DNA of 64,000 bases from an uncultured Desulfarculus sp. (GCA_963665125.2 CAXXUK010000001.1:2304001-2368000), one strand, 5' to 3'; shown: positions 1 to 10,899, numbered from the stretch's first letter. Translations and numbers: made by a program. The notes: generated by a model not told the origin, from the letters alone.

Positions 1-420
1 GAAGACCTCGAAACCCACGCCGGCGCTGCCCCGGGGCAGGCCCACGCTGGCCAGGGAAAGGCGGGCCTCGTAAAGGTTCTCCTCGGGCACCTTGATGGTG
101 GTGCCGTCGCCGGCCAGTTCGTAGGGAATCTTTTGATCCTGCAGGTGGGTGACGACCTGGGACGCGTCTTTCTGCGTCAGGCCGGAGTACAAGGTCTGGT
201 AGGTCGGCTGGTTGATCCACAAAAAGGCGGCGATCAGACCGGCGGCCGCCAAGGCCGCCATGGCCAGCACCATGATCCGCCTGCTGGCGGGCATCTCACC
301 GATTATATTGCCTATGCCGCCCTTGGGCGCGCCTTTGCCGCGTTTGCGAGGGGCGGCGCCTTCCGCCGGGGCGATTTCGGTGGTTTGTTCGGGAGCCTTT
401 TGGACGTCGGTGTCGGCCAT
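1..420 (-). CDS. fliF: Flagellar MS-ring protein FliF, N-terminal part (runs off the window start)
   Basis: Manual translation from ATG at 420: MADTDVQKA...IMVLAMAALAAAGLIAAFLWINQPTYQTLYSGLTQKDASQVVTHLQDQKIPYELAGDGTTIKVPEENLYEARLSLASVGLPRGSAGVGFEVF, a classic FliF N-terminus; lies directly after fliE. Confidence 0.95.
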   Translation of the reverse strand, partial: MADTDVQKAPEQTTEIAPAEGAAPRKRGKGAPKGGIGNIIGEMPASRRIMVLAMAALAAAGLIAAFLWINQPTYQTLYSGLTQKDASQVVTHLQDQKIPYELAGDGTTIKVPEENLYEARLSLASVGLPRGSAGVGFEVF

Positions 421-435
421 GGTTGATCACCCCTT

Positions 436-729
436 CTAGAAGTTCATCCGCCAGATTTCCTGATACGCGCTGATGGCCTTGTCACGCACGGTAACCATCA
501 AACGAAACGCGATATCAGCTTTCTCGACATCAATCATGGTCTGGTGCAAGGTCTTGCGGCGGCCTGTGGCCAAATCCTCCACGGAGTTTTCAGCCTTCTG
601 GTTGAGCCTCTCGACGTCGTCCACAGCCTTTTTCAAGGTGTCGCCAAAACCCTGCCCGGCCTTGGGACTCTTGAAGCCGGGCATATTGGGAACCATGCCG
701 GTCAATGGGTCGATGGGATTGGTTGACAT
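436..729 (-). CDS. fliE: Flagellar hook-basal body protein FliE
   Basis: 97 aa; C-terminal ...LMVTVRDKAISAYQEIWRMNF motif; flgB-flgC-fliE-fliF synteny. Confidence 0.95.
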   Translation of the reverse strand: MSTNPIDPLTGMVPNMPGFKSPKAGQGFGDTLKKAVDDVERLNQKAENSVEDLATGRRKTLHQTMIDVEKADIAFRLMVTVRDKAISAYQEIWRMNF

Positions 730-742
730 AACCTATCTCCTG

Positions 743-1186
743 CTACCTTGCGATTTCCAGGGCCTTGAGGGCCATGTTCTTGCTGGCGCCGACCGCCGTG
801 ACATTGGCCTCGTACGATCTGGTGGCGCTTACCAGGTTGACCATCTCCGAAACCACGTCCACGTTGGGGTAGAGTACATAGCCATCGGCGTCGGCGTCCG
901 GGTGGTTGGGGTCGAACACCTTTTTGAACGGAGAGTTGTCCTGGGCAATCTCGTTGACCAAAACGCCCTTGCGGGGGTCGTTTTGCTGGGGAGGAGAATC
1001 CAGGGCCTGGGTCAGGTGCGAAACGAACGGGTTTGCCGAGAAAACCGTCACCCGGCGGCGGTAGGGTCCTCCCTCGGCGGTCCGGGTGGTCTCGGCGTTG
1101 GCCAGGTTCTGGCTGATGATGTTGATCCTGGTGCGCTGGGCGCTGAGCCCGCTGGCGCTGATTTCCATTGAACTCAGAAAATCCAT
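743..1186 (-). CDS. flgC: Flagellar basal-body rod protein FlgC
   Basis: ISASGLSAQRTRINIISQNLANAETT, GGPYRRR, DPNHPDAD.DGYV.YPNV, RSYEAN motifs. Confidence 0.97.
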   Translation of the reverse strand: MDFLSSMEISASGLSAQRTRINIISQNLANAETTRTAEGGPYRRRVTVFSANPFVSHLTQALDSPPQQNDPRKGVLVNEIAQDNSPFKKVFDPNHPDADADGYVLYPNVDVVSEMVNLVSATRSYEANVTAVGASKNMALKALEIAR

Positions 1187-1590
1187 TATCCGCCTCCTCC
1201 GCCGCTGCCCATGGCAGTCTTGAGTTTGGAGAATTTCTTGGTTAAAAGCGTGATCATCGTGTTGAACATCACGTTGTTTTCGGCCAGTTTGCTCATCTCG
1301 ATGTCCAGGTGAACCGGACCGGTGTCCTTGTAGACGCCCTTGGCATCGCCAAACGCGCCGGGGTCTTCATAGGGCATGTGTTTGGAGTTGGTGCGGCTCA
1401 TGGAAGTAGGCATAATGCCGCCGCTGATGGCCGCCCGGAGCTGCTTTTCGAACTCCAGCCCGGTGCCGATGTAATTGGGGGTATCCAGGTTGGCGATGTT
1501 CCTGGAAATGAGCTTGTGCCGGGTGACACGGCGGTCCATGTTCGCGTTGAGCAACTGGATATTTTGATCGAAAAGGGTTTTGTCCGCCAT
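1186..1590 (-). CDS. flgB: Flagellar basal-body rod protein FlgB
   Basis: RHKLISRNIANLDTPNY and V.LDIEMSKLAEN motifs; AGGAGG RBS; upstream of flgC. Confidence 0.93.
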   Translation of the reverse strand: MADKTLFDQNIQLLNANMDRRVTRHKLISRNIANLDTPNYIGTGLEFEKQLRAAISGGIMPTSMSRTNSKHMPYEDPGAFGDAKGVYKDTGPVHLDIEMSKLAENNVMFNTMITLLTKKFSKLKTAMGSGGGGG

Positions 1591-1637
1591 TCGGGCCTCC
1601 TGACGCTTGCATTAAATGGCGTATGGCCGACTTAATT

Positions 1638-1654
1638 AGCAATCGGCGTGCCAA
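1638..1654 (-). promoter_or_regulatory. Sigma-54 (-24/-12) promoter of the flgB operon
   Basis: Minus strand reads TTGGCACGCCGATTGCT, a near-perfect TGGCACG-N4-TTGC consensus, about 48 nt before the flgB start. Confidence 0.88.
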
Positions 1655-1820
1655 ATGCACCAGATTTCCGGACCATCTTAGAAATGGGTAAATAGGCTTG
1701 AAATTCAATATGATGAGTCATGGGCCGCCAACGGTCTGTCGGCAAAGGTATGGTAGCCCTACTTATACGCCAAGGTTTTGACGGAAACGATCCGGCAGGC
1801 CTTACCCAACGCCGTCAGAA

Positions 1821-3206
<1,386 letters not shown>

Positions 3207-3293
3207 TTTTCATCCGACTTCCAACAAGCAAGGTAGCGTTATCACGTATCAACGGTGCTTACCGGCACTCAGTATACTATATTTGCGCGGCGT

Positions 3294-6200
3294 TTACTTT
3301 CCTATCTCCACCAGGCGCTTGCTAAGGGCCAGATCATCGAGCATGCCTTTGGCCATATCAGACCAGGGCGTCTTCTGCATCCCCACCAAATCCTTTAGAA
3401 CATCGACCATTTGCTTGGTTTTTCCGCCCCGGTGGTAGGCCTTGGCCAGTTCATATCGAGCCTGGGCCTTGTCATCGTCGCTCTGGGCCAGGCCCTCGGC
3501 CGTGGCGTATTGCATGATGCAGAGGTTTTTATTGCCCGCCTGCCGGGCGGCCGCGCCGGAATCCATGGCCACCATGAAGCGCTCCAGAAGAGCGTCCTGG
3601 CCTGTCTGTTGTTCCAGGATGGCCGCAGAGCGGTCAAATGCCGCAAGGGCCTCGTTATATTGGCCCAGTTGCACCAGGGAGAGGCCAAGGGAGCGGTAGT
3701 CGCCGGCCGCTCCGGAGTGACTGGGGCTCATTTTCAACAGGCCGGTAAGCACTTCGGCTGATTTTTTATAATCGCCGATGCGTTGCAAGGCCCTGCCATA
3801 TAGCGATTTTGCCGTAACAGCGTCGGGCCCTTTCAAGGCGGCGAAATCCGTCTCGCCCAGGGTTTCGGCCGCTTCGCCGTAATCTCCGTTCTTGTACAGG
3901 TTTTCGGCCCAGGCCAGCCATATCTCTGGATCAACCACGCCGCGGCCCGCCAACACGCGGTAAAGCCCGGCCGCCCGGTCGTATAGGTTGGCCTCGCCAT
4001 AGGCCCAGGCCAGCAGCCTGAGCATCTCGTTGCTGTTTGGCCTCTTTAAAAGAACCCGGTTGCGCAGGTAGGCGTCCATCAACTCCAGGGGCTTGCCGTC
4101 GGCCTTGAGCTTTTCCAGATAGCCGATCACGGCCAGGTTCAGCGTATAGTCCACCTCGCCCCTAAACGGCGTATTGGGATGGAGCTGCAACAATTTTTCC
4201 AGAATATCTATGGACTTGGCGAACCTTTTCTTCTTGTAGAAGTAAACCGCCAGCTTGACCTTGGCCAGTTGGCCGACTTCCCGGTTGGTGTATTTGTCCG
4301 CTATTTCCTTGTACGTGCGGTAGGCGTCCACGTCGGCCTTGACCTGGAAGATGTCCCAGGGGTGCTCGGTGTCTTTTTCCGGAGATTCGGCCAGGCGTAT
4401 GCGCGAGACCAAGGCGCCGTCGGTGTCGGGATAGACGTCCAGAACCTGGGCGTAGATCTCCCTGGCCGCCCGGTGGTGGCCCTGGTAGCCGTAGCTGTCG
4501 CCGACACGGGTCATGATGATGTCGCCCTCACGCATATCCGGCCTGATGTTCAGGGCCCACAGGAAGTAGAACCGGGCCTTTTCATAATTGCCCAATTGGA
4601 ACTCGGCCTCGCCGATATAGTAAAGCAACTCAGGGTCTTGCAGATAGAGCTGGGGGTTTTCCTTGGCCATCTCCGCCAGCACATCGGCTGCGGCGCGGTA
4701 GCGGGCCTGTCCGAAATAGGCCTGGGCCAGGCCCCACTGGGCCTCCGCCCGGTAGCGGCTGTCCGGGTAATCGTCGAGCACCCGCTGATATTGGCTCACG
4801 GCCAGTCCGTACTGGCCCTGGCGTTCATAAGAGCGCCCGCGGTTGACCAGGGCCAGGGGCACATATTCGCTCTTGGGGTAGTCCTGGATCACGATCTCGA
4901 AATAGCCCATGCCCCTGAACGGCTCGTCCACCAGCATGCTGGCCTTGCCCATCATCAACAGGGCCCAGGGCACCTGGTCCGATTGGGGATACAGGTCAAT
5001 GGCCCGCTGGTAGTTGAACATGGTCTCGTTGAAGACCATGGGCATATCGCGCTCATGCAGATAATAATAGGCGTCGGCAAGGCGGTAGGCCGCCTCCCCG
5101 GCCTCGGGGCTCTCGGGGAAACGCTTGAACACTTCCTCGAAGGTGATGTAGGCCTGATTGAAATCCCGGTTTTCCAGGGCGGCCTTGCCCCTGGTCATCA
5201 ACCGAGTGATCATCTGCTGCTTTTGCTCGGCCTCTTTTTGTTTGGCCAATTCGGCCGGACTGAGGGTTGGCTCGGCCTTGGCCACCGCCTCCCTGTCGCG
5301 GGCATCTTCCCTGGCCTGACGCACGTTGTCGAGGACCTCCCGCTCTTCGGTCGGGGGTTTTGCCTGTTCGCCCGCCGGGGCCTTGGGCGTCCGGGGACGG
5401 GCCAGCGCCGGAGGTGTGTGCAACGACGGAATCAGGCCCCTGGCTACATACGGCTCGCGGCTGTTCACCTGGGCCGCCACCGCGTACACCGGTGTCTCAT
5501 GCACCAGTTGGGCCGCTCGATCGGCAAAGCGCTGCGAGGGTTTGGGCGTGGCCGTGGGCATTGCCGCGGCGGTGGCCGTGGAAGCGGGCTTCACCTCTTC
5601 GGTGGGCGGGGTGGGCATGGTCGCGGATGCCACAGGCCTCTGTGTTTCCGTTCCCGTGGCCTGAGGTATAGCCCCCCTGGCCACGGAGCCCGGCTGCTCC
5701 GTCTCGGCCCGCTGGGGTATCTGATGGGAGTCTGGCGTCGGACTGGGCCTGGGGCCGCCCAGGTCCACGTCCAACACGGCGGCCCTGCCGCCAATGGCGT
5801 AAAAGAGGCGGTGCCTTTGGGGCTCGTCCTTGAACTCAATGCGTAGAATCAGTGGGTTGCGCCGGATCACCCCGATGGACGACACCCGGTCGTCCGTATC
5901 ATCAAACTCGGCGCCGGGCATGAGCCCTCCCCGCTGCAAACGCAGCCAGCCTATACGGCCTTCCTGCTCATACTCTGCCTCCACCGGGGCGTCGCCCTGG
6001 ACTACCAGCCTTGTATAGGTCGGTTTGCTGGCCAGGCGGACGGCTTTGATGTTGGGCACCGGTTTTTCCTGGGCGGGCATCAACTCGTTTTGGCGGGGTT
6101 TTTCATCGGTCTTGGCGGCCTGGGGCGTTTGTTGACCTGGTGGAACCACCGGCTCGGAGGCTTGGTCCAGGGGAACCTTTTCGGCGGCTACCGAGAGGCC

Positions 6201-6695
6201 GGGGCCAGCCTTTTCGGCCGTGGTCTTGGGCCGGGGCACATCCACTGCCTGGGCCGGTTGGCCGCCCAATTCAACACTGAGGCGTTTGGTGGTGGCGTCG
6301 TACATTGGCAGAATGGTCACGCCCGGCTGGGTGGTGCGCAGACGCAGGATCAGTGTGCCGTTGGAACGGGAACCGGTTATGGCGCCGACAAGCCCCCTTT
6401 GCCCCTTTTCGGGCAGATCGGCATCCAGGGAGGAGCCGGGCAGGGTAATCTCGATGTCGCGGGGCCCGGCGAGGTCCAGTTGAAAACGGAAGGGAGCGTC
6501 GCCCTGCAGAACAAGATACGTCGTCTCGGAGCCGGGCTTGATGTCCACGGCCGTGATGCGCGCCGCATGGGAGTTGGCAGCGGCCAGTAAAAACAGGACC
6601 AATAAGGCCCCAAATAGAATATGCCTTCCTGCCCTGGTTATGCTTCGCCTCCCTGCGGTGTTGGCGTCTCGGGCGGCGTCAATGCCGCTACACAT
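3294..6695 (-). CDS. Large secreted TPR protein with N-terminal AMIN-like beta domains and Pro/Ala/Thr-rich linkers (start uncertain, possibly 6641)
   Basis: 1133 aa ORF; hydrophobic signal ending AAANSHA; AMIN-like 'IKAVRLASKPTYTRLVV' segment; many TPR repeats (e.g. YPQSDQVPWALLMMGKA, YPDSRYRAEAQWGLAQAY). Confidence 0.8.
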   Translation of the reverse strand: MCSGIDAARDANTAGRRSITRAGRHILFGALLVLFLLAAANSHAARITAVDIKPGSETTYLVLQGDAPFRFQLDLAGPRDIEITLPGSSLDADLPEKGQRGLVGAITGSRSNGTLILRLRTTQPGVTILPMYDATTKRLSVELGGQPAQAVDVPRPKTTAEKAGPGLSVAAEKVPLDQASEPVVPPGQQTPQAAKTDEKPRQNELMPAQEKPVPNIKAVRLASKPTYTRLVVQGDAPVEAEYEQEGRIGWLRLQRGGLMPGAEFDDTDDRVSSIGVIRRNPLILRIEFKDEPQRHRLFYAIGGRAAVLDVDLGGPRPSPTPDSHQIPQRAETEQPGSVARGAIPQATGTETQRPVASATMPTPPTEEVKPASTATAAAMPTATPKPSQRFADRAAQLVHETPVYAVAAQVNSREPYVARGLIPSLHTPPALARPRTPKAPAGEQAKPPTEEREVLDNVRQAREDARDREAVAKAEPTLSPAELAKQKEAEQKQQMITRLMTRGKAALENRDFNQAYITFEEVFKRFPESPEAGEAAYRLADAYYYLHERDMPMVFNETMFNYQRAIDLYPQSDQVPWALLMMGKASMLVDEPFRGMGYFEIVIQDYPKSEYVPLALVNRGRSYERQGQYGLAVSQYQRVLDDYPDSRYRAEAQWGLAQAYFGQARYRAAADVLAEMAKENPQLYLQDPELLYYIGEAEFQLGNYEKARFYFLWALNIRPDMREGDIIMTRVGDSYGYQGHHRAAREIYAQVLDVYPDTDGALVSRIRLAESPEKDTEHPWDIFQVKADVDAYRTYKEIADKYTNREVGQLAKVKLAVYFYKKKRFAKSIDILEKLLQLHPNTPFRGEVDYTLNLAVIGYLEKLKADGKPLELMDAYLRNRVLLKRPNSNEMLRLLAWAYGEANLYDRAAGLYRVLAGRGVVDPEIWLAWAENLYKNGDYGEAAETLGETDFAALKGPDAVTAKSLYGRALQRIGDYKKSAEVLTGLLKMSPSHSGAAGDYRSLGLSLVQLGQYNEALAAFDRSAAILEQQTGQDALLERFMVAMDSGAAARQAGNKNLCIMQYATAEGLAQSDDDKAQARYELAKAYHRGGKTKQMVDVLKDLVGMQKTPWSDMAKGMLDDLALSKRLVEIGK

Positions 6696-6710
6696 GCCTA
6701 ATCCTTAAAT

Positions 6711-6727
6711 TGCAAAGCCGGTGCCAA
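6711..6727 (-). promoter_or_regulatory. Sigma-54 promoter of the TPR gene
   Basis: Minus strand reads TTGGCACCGGCTTTGCA (GG-N10-GC consensus). Confidence 0.85.
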
Positions 6728-6818
6728 ATAACGGTTGTGGGCAACAATGCCATATCATATTGATATCAATAACATTATTCGGTTAAACCAAAATCAGCAT
6801 TTTCCGATCTTCAGACAT

Positions 6819-6834
6819 TGTCAAACCGTTGACA
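6819..6834. promoter_or_regulatory. Palindromic enhancer site, FleQ/FlrA-box-like
   Basis: TGTCAA-ACCG-TTGACA inverted repeat about 100 bp upstream of the sigma-54 promoter. Confidence 0.6.
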
Positions 6835-6851
6835 CCGGAAAAGCGTCAATT

Positions 6852-8266
6852 TTATTGCTGGATTATGCCTTTTTTCTTGATTTTCTCCACCAGGGTGGTC
6901 CGGTTCAGTTTGAGCATGGCCGCGGCCTGATTCTTGACCCAGTTGGTGCGGTCCAGGGCCTGGATAATCAGGTTGCGTTCAAAGGTGTCCACGGCCTGGT
7001 TGAAATCAAGGCCATCCGGCGGGATAACCGCTTCCGCGCAGTCCTGGACCGGGTCCAGGCCCGGCATGGGACCGGGCTCCAATTCGGCCAGGCGGGCCGG
7101 CAGGTCCTCCTGGCTGATGACGTCGTCCTCGGCCAGGATGCACATGCGCTCAAGCATGTTCTCCAATTCGCGGACATTGCCCGGCCAGGAATAACGCATC
7201 AGTTTTTCCATGATGTCGGTAGGCAGCTTTTTGGTCCCAATACCCTTTTGGCGGCCAAGCCGGTCTATGAAGTGATTGCAAAGCAGGGGGATGTCGCTGC
7301 GGCGGTCCCGGAGCGGAGGCACCCTGATGGGCACCACGTTCAGGCGGTAGTACAGGTCTTCGCGGAAGCCGCCCTTTTCCACCAGATCCTTGAGGTCGCG
7401 GTTGGTGGCGGCCACGACGCGGATATCGGCGTCTATGGTCTTGATGCCGCCGACGCGCTCGAACTGGTGCTCCTGGAGCACCCGCAGAAGCTTGACTTGC
7501 AGTTGCGGCGACATATCGCCTATCTCGTCGAGGAAGACCGTGCCGCCTTCGGCCATTTCAAAACGGCCGGGCCGGGATTTTATGGCCCCGGTGAAGGCCC
7601 CTTTTTCATGGCCGAAAAGCTCGCTTTCCAGAAGCTCCTCGGGGATGGCCCGCAGTTGACAGGCACCAAGGGCTTGTCCTTGCGGTCCGACTGGTGGTGG
7701 ATGGCCCGGGCCACCAGTTCCTTGCCCGTACCGCTTTCGCCCAGGATCAATACCGTGGAATCGGTGCGGGCGACCTTATGCACCAGCCGGAAAACCTCCT
7801 GCATAGGTCCACTGGAGCCGACGATGTTTTCCACGTCATACTTGCGGCTAAGTTCCCGGCGGTGGCGCAGGCCTTCCCGCCGCAAACGGCGGTATTCGAT
7901 GGCCTCGTCAAGGGGTCCGTGCAGGTCTTCCTTTTGCCTAGGGCGGCGCACGAAATTGAATGCGCCCAGCCTCAAGGCCCTTACGGCCCGGCCAACGGAC
8001 TGATCGTCCGACAGCACCGTGACAACGCTGTCCGGATACATGTCCACCAGGCGCACCAAAAGGTCGTCGGTGGAGTCACCCTTTTGATTGTCGCGCAGAA
8101 AACAAAGGTCGAAATACTGCTGGTCAGCTAGAGGCAGGGCTTCCTTGGCCGAAGCGGCCGATAACAAGGAAAAGCCTTTCTCCCTGAGAATATCTTCCCA
8201 CAGGTGCATGCGGTCTTGGTCTTCGTCCACCACCAACACCGCGCCACGGCTGGAGTTTTTCTTCAT
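6852..8266 (-). pseudogene. FleQ/FlrA-like sigma-54 activator split by a 1-nt frameshift at about 7650 (pseudogene or sequencing error)
   Basis: ORF 7580-8266 has the REC-like domain and Walker A and ends PVNCG; the other frame continues [36 protein letters not shown] into ORF 6852-7556, ending [21 protein letters not shown] (FleQ-type HTH). Confidence 0.85.
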
Positions 8267-8666
8267 GAGGCCCCCAACTTGTTGTCAGCCGAGCAAAGCG
8301 TCATAATTTCGACGCTATTACTATTTATATGTTTTTCTTTATTTTTTTTCAAGCATGTTAGCTGGATAAAGGGCCAGATTATCTTAAAAAAATGTGAAAT
8401 TCGGGTTGCGGCAAGCTTGACCGCGTATGCGGAACGGGGATACCCTGAATATATGAGGGCACAATCACGTCTACCTCACCGGCTGCCGGCGGGGCCAAAA
8501 AAGACGCGTCTGCCAGCAAACGCGCCTCCAAGCCCGGCAGCAACTCCAGCCTATATTACGGCGGCAATCCATTGCGCCGCCGCGGACGAACCGGCAGGTT
8601 CGCATATCCTTACCCGGGCTTGCTCCCGGCAAGCACCAGACCAACCCACCCATGGAGGAAAGCTAC

Positions 8667-9794
8667 ATGCTTGATGCCACAAATGTGCAACGTCTTGCGC
8701 AGATCGACACCCACCCCCACAATATCCTTTCGTTGTATCTATCGCTGGACAACCCCCGCGAAATGCGCGGGCTGGCCCTAGGGGAAATGCTGAAACGAAA
8801 GGAAAGCCAATTGACCTTGGGCGGTGCGGCCAATCAATGGGACAACATGGCCGACGACCGCAAACGGATTGTCCGGTACGTAGAAGAACTACCAATGCAC
8901 CCGGGGCGCGGCCTTGCCCTGTTCTCCTGCTCAAAGGCCAACTATTTCGAGGCGTTTTCGCTCTCGACCACCGTACCCAATACCCTTGAAGTTGGTCCCA
9001 CGCCTTATATCAGGCCTCTTGCCGCCCTGGCCGGCGACCTTCAACGCTGTCTGAGCCTGCTACTGGACCGCAAGTCGGTTCGTTTTTTCGACAGCTTCAT
9101 GGGTTCCACCATGGAACTGGAACGGCCCGGATTCGGGCCCGACGCTCCGTTCTTTGAGCGCGACGGCGGCCAGGGCCGCACAGGCGACAATCAGGTGACC
9201 AGGTGGGAGGACCAGACGGTCACCCGCTTTTTCAAGGATGTGGCCGCCGAGGCCCGCAATATATTCAAGACCATGGACTTTGAACAACTCGTGGTCGGCG
9301 GCTCCCGCCGTGCCGTGGAGGCCTTCCCGGAGATGCTGCCCAACGGCCTGGGCAAGAAGCTGGCAGGTACGTTTATTCTCGACACCGGCTCCACGGTCAG
9401 CCAGGTCTCCGAGGCTGTAGCCGCTGTCCAGGAACAGGCCCGCCAAACCCGTCAGGCCACCCTTTTACAGACCCTTTCGGACAACATGGGTCCGGGCGGA
9501 AAGGTCGCCACGGGCCTGAACCAGGTATTGGCCAGTTTGTACGAGGGCCAGGTGCACACCTTGTTTGTCAAGCGGGGTCATCAGGCGGCCGGAGGCGCAT
9601 GCCCGTCGTGCGGCCGCCTGCGTCACGTGGCCGAGATGTGCCCAATCTGCGGTGAGCCCATGATTCCCGTCGGCGACATTGTCAACCAGGCAATGGCCAA
9701 GGCCCTGGACTCCGGAGCCAAGCTGGAGCAGGTCGGCGAATCGGGAATATTGGACGAAATGGGAGGTATTGCCGCCTTGTTGCGCTATAGCTAA
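8667..9794 (+). CDS. Bacterial archaeo-eukaryotic release factor (eRF1/aRF1-like, baeRF) family protein with Zn-ribbon
   Basis: LSLYLSLD, RGLALFSC, PYIRPLA, RFFKDVA, LVVGGS, TGLNQVLASLYEGQVHTL, CPSC..CPIC and terminal GGIAALLRY are typical of the eRF1 fold; GGAGG RBS before ATG 8667. Confidence 0.85.
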   Translation: MLDATNVQRLAQIDTHPHNILSLYLSLDNPREMRGLALGEMLKRKESQLTLGGAANQWDNMADDRKRIVRYVEELPMHPGRGLALFSCSKANYFEAFSLSTTVPNTLEVGPTPYIRPLAALAGDLQRCLSLLLDRKSVRFFDSFMGSTMELERPGFGPDAPFFERDGGQGRTGDNQVTRWEDQTVTRFFKDVAAEARNIFKTMDFEQLVVGGSRRAVEAFPEMLPNGLGKKLAGTFILDTGSTVSQVSEAVAAVQEQARQTRQATLLQTLSDNMGPGGKVATGLNQVLASLYEGQVHTLFVKRGHQAAGGACPSCGRLRHVAEMCPICGEPMIPVGDIVNQAMAKALDSGAKLEQVGESGILDEMGGIAALLRYS

Positions 9795-9816
9795 ACGTTA
9801 ATAAGCCCCCAAAGCG

Positions 9817-9847
9817 AGGAAGCGGTTATTGCCGCTTCCTTTTTTTA
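9817..9847 (+). terminator. Rho-independent terminator
   Basis: AGGAAGCGG-ttattg-CCGCTTCCT followed by a T tract. Confidence 0.85.
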
Positions 9848-9959
9848 TTTTGGGGGTTGCACATCACCGAAGGGTGACTATTTTTCAGGCAAAGGCGAGT
9901 TGCTGCAGCCGCTCGGATAGCAAAATCTAAGTGCCAACCCAAAAATGGAGGGATTTAAA

Positions 9960-10415
9960 ATGCTGCTTAGCAGGGGTTTTTATCCCATGACCCGTGGATG
10001 GGCAAACATGGGCGAAGTCGGCCGTCTGCGCCAGGAGATGGACAGGCTATTCAGTGGACTCATGGATCCGCAGGGCCAAGCTAACCAATCGGGCGTATTC
10101 CCGTCAATCAATGTGTATGAACAAGACGGGGCCTATATGCTCACCGCCGAACTACCCGGCGTTTCCGGTGAAGACCTGGACATCGCGGTCCATGGAAAAA
10201 CCGTGAACATCAAGGGAGAACGCAAGGTTCCCGAGTCTGCCGGTAATGTGAAATACCATCGCCGGGAGCGCGAGTACGCATCGTTCAACAGGGCCGTGGG
10301 CCTGCCGGATGAACTGGACGCAGACAAGGTGGCGGCCAAGATCAAAAACGGAGTATTGACCCTGACGCTGCCCAAGGCGGCAAGTGCCCAGCCCCGCAAG
10401 ATCAAGGTTAACTAA
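9960..10415 (+). CDS. Hsp20/alpha-crystallin small heat-shock protein
   Basis: FPSINVYE, AELPGV, YHRRERE..SFNR, A.IKNGVLTLTLPK; GGAGG RBS before ATG 9960. Confidence 0.93.
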   Translation: MLLSRGFYPMTRGWANMGEVGRLRQEMDRLFSGLMDPQGQANQSGVFPSINVYEQDGAYMLTAELPGVSGEDLDIAVHGKTVNIKGERKVPESAGNVKYHRREREYASFNRAVGLPDELDADKVAAKIKNGVLTLTLPKAASAQPRKIKVN

Positions 10416-10440
10416 GCTGAATCTCAAGGGAGTTACTATC

Positions 10441-10836
10441 ATGACCAGACTGCAAAAATTGTCCGGGCGTGAACAAGACCAGCACGCCCTTGAGCAGACC
10501 AACAACGGACAGGTTTTCCAGCCGCTGGTGGACATCTACGAGACGGAGGATGCCCTGGTGGTGCTGGCCGACATGCCCGGAGTGGGGCCCGATGACATCA
10601 GCATTGATTTGGAAAACGACATCCTTGGGTTGCGGGCTACGCCGACGGAGGGATCCGTAGGCGGCAACATGGTCATCGGAGAATACGGTATAGGCACCTA
10701 TCTGCGCAGGTTCCAGCTTACCGAGGCCATCGACCGGGAGGGCATCAAAGCCGAGATCAAAAACGGTGAATTAAAGCTGATTCTGCCCAAGGCGGCCAAG
10801 GCGATGCCGCGCCGTATCGAAGTCCAAGCGGGCTGA
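10441..10836 (+). CDS. Hsp20/alpha-crystallin small heat-shock protein (second of a pair)
   Basis: PLVDIYETEDALVVLADMPGV, AEIKNGELKLILPKA, PRRIEV; AGGGGAG RBS before ATG 10441. Confidence 0.93.
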   Translation: MTRLQKLSGREQDQHALEQTNNGQVFQPLVDIYETEDALVVLADMPGVGPDDISIDLENDILGLRATPTEGSVGGNMVIGEYGIGTYLRRFQLTEAIDREGIKAEIKNGELKLILPKAAKAMPRRIEVQAG

Positions 10837-10855
10837 CCTTAAAGGGCACATATTC

Positions 10856-10899
10856 AAACAAACCGCAGCCATGATCCGTGGCCGCGGTTTGTTGTTTTT
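10856..10899. terminator. Probable bidirectional terminator between hsp20 and larC
   Basis: AAACAAACCGCAGCCA...TGGCCGCGGTTTGTTGTTTTT hairpin between convergent genes. Confidence 0.7.

Noticed and set aside
8320..8650. Small ORFs or structured RNA between the FleQ-like and eRF1-like genes
   Set aside because: Only short GC hairpins and motif-less ORFs; nothing supportable
9880..9945. CIRCE or ROSE element upstream of hsp20
   Set aside because: Only a right-half-like AAGTGCCAA (9929-9937) is present, with no TTAGCACTC at the 9-nt spacing; no convincing thermometer pairing seen
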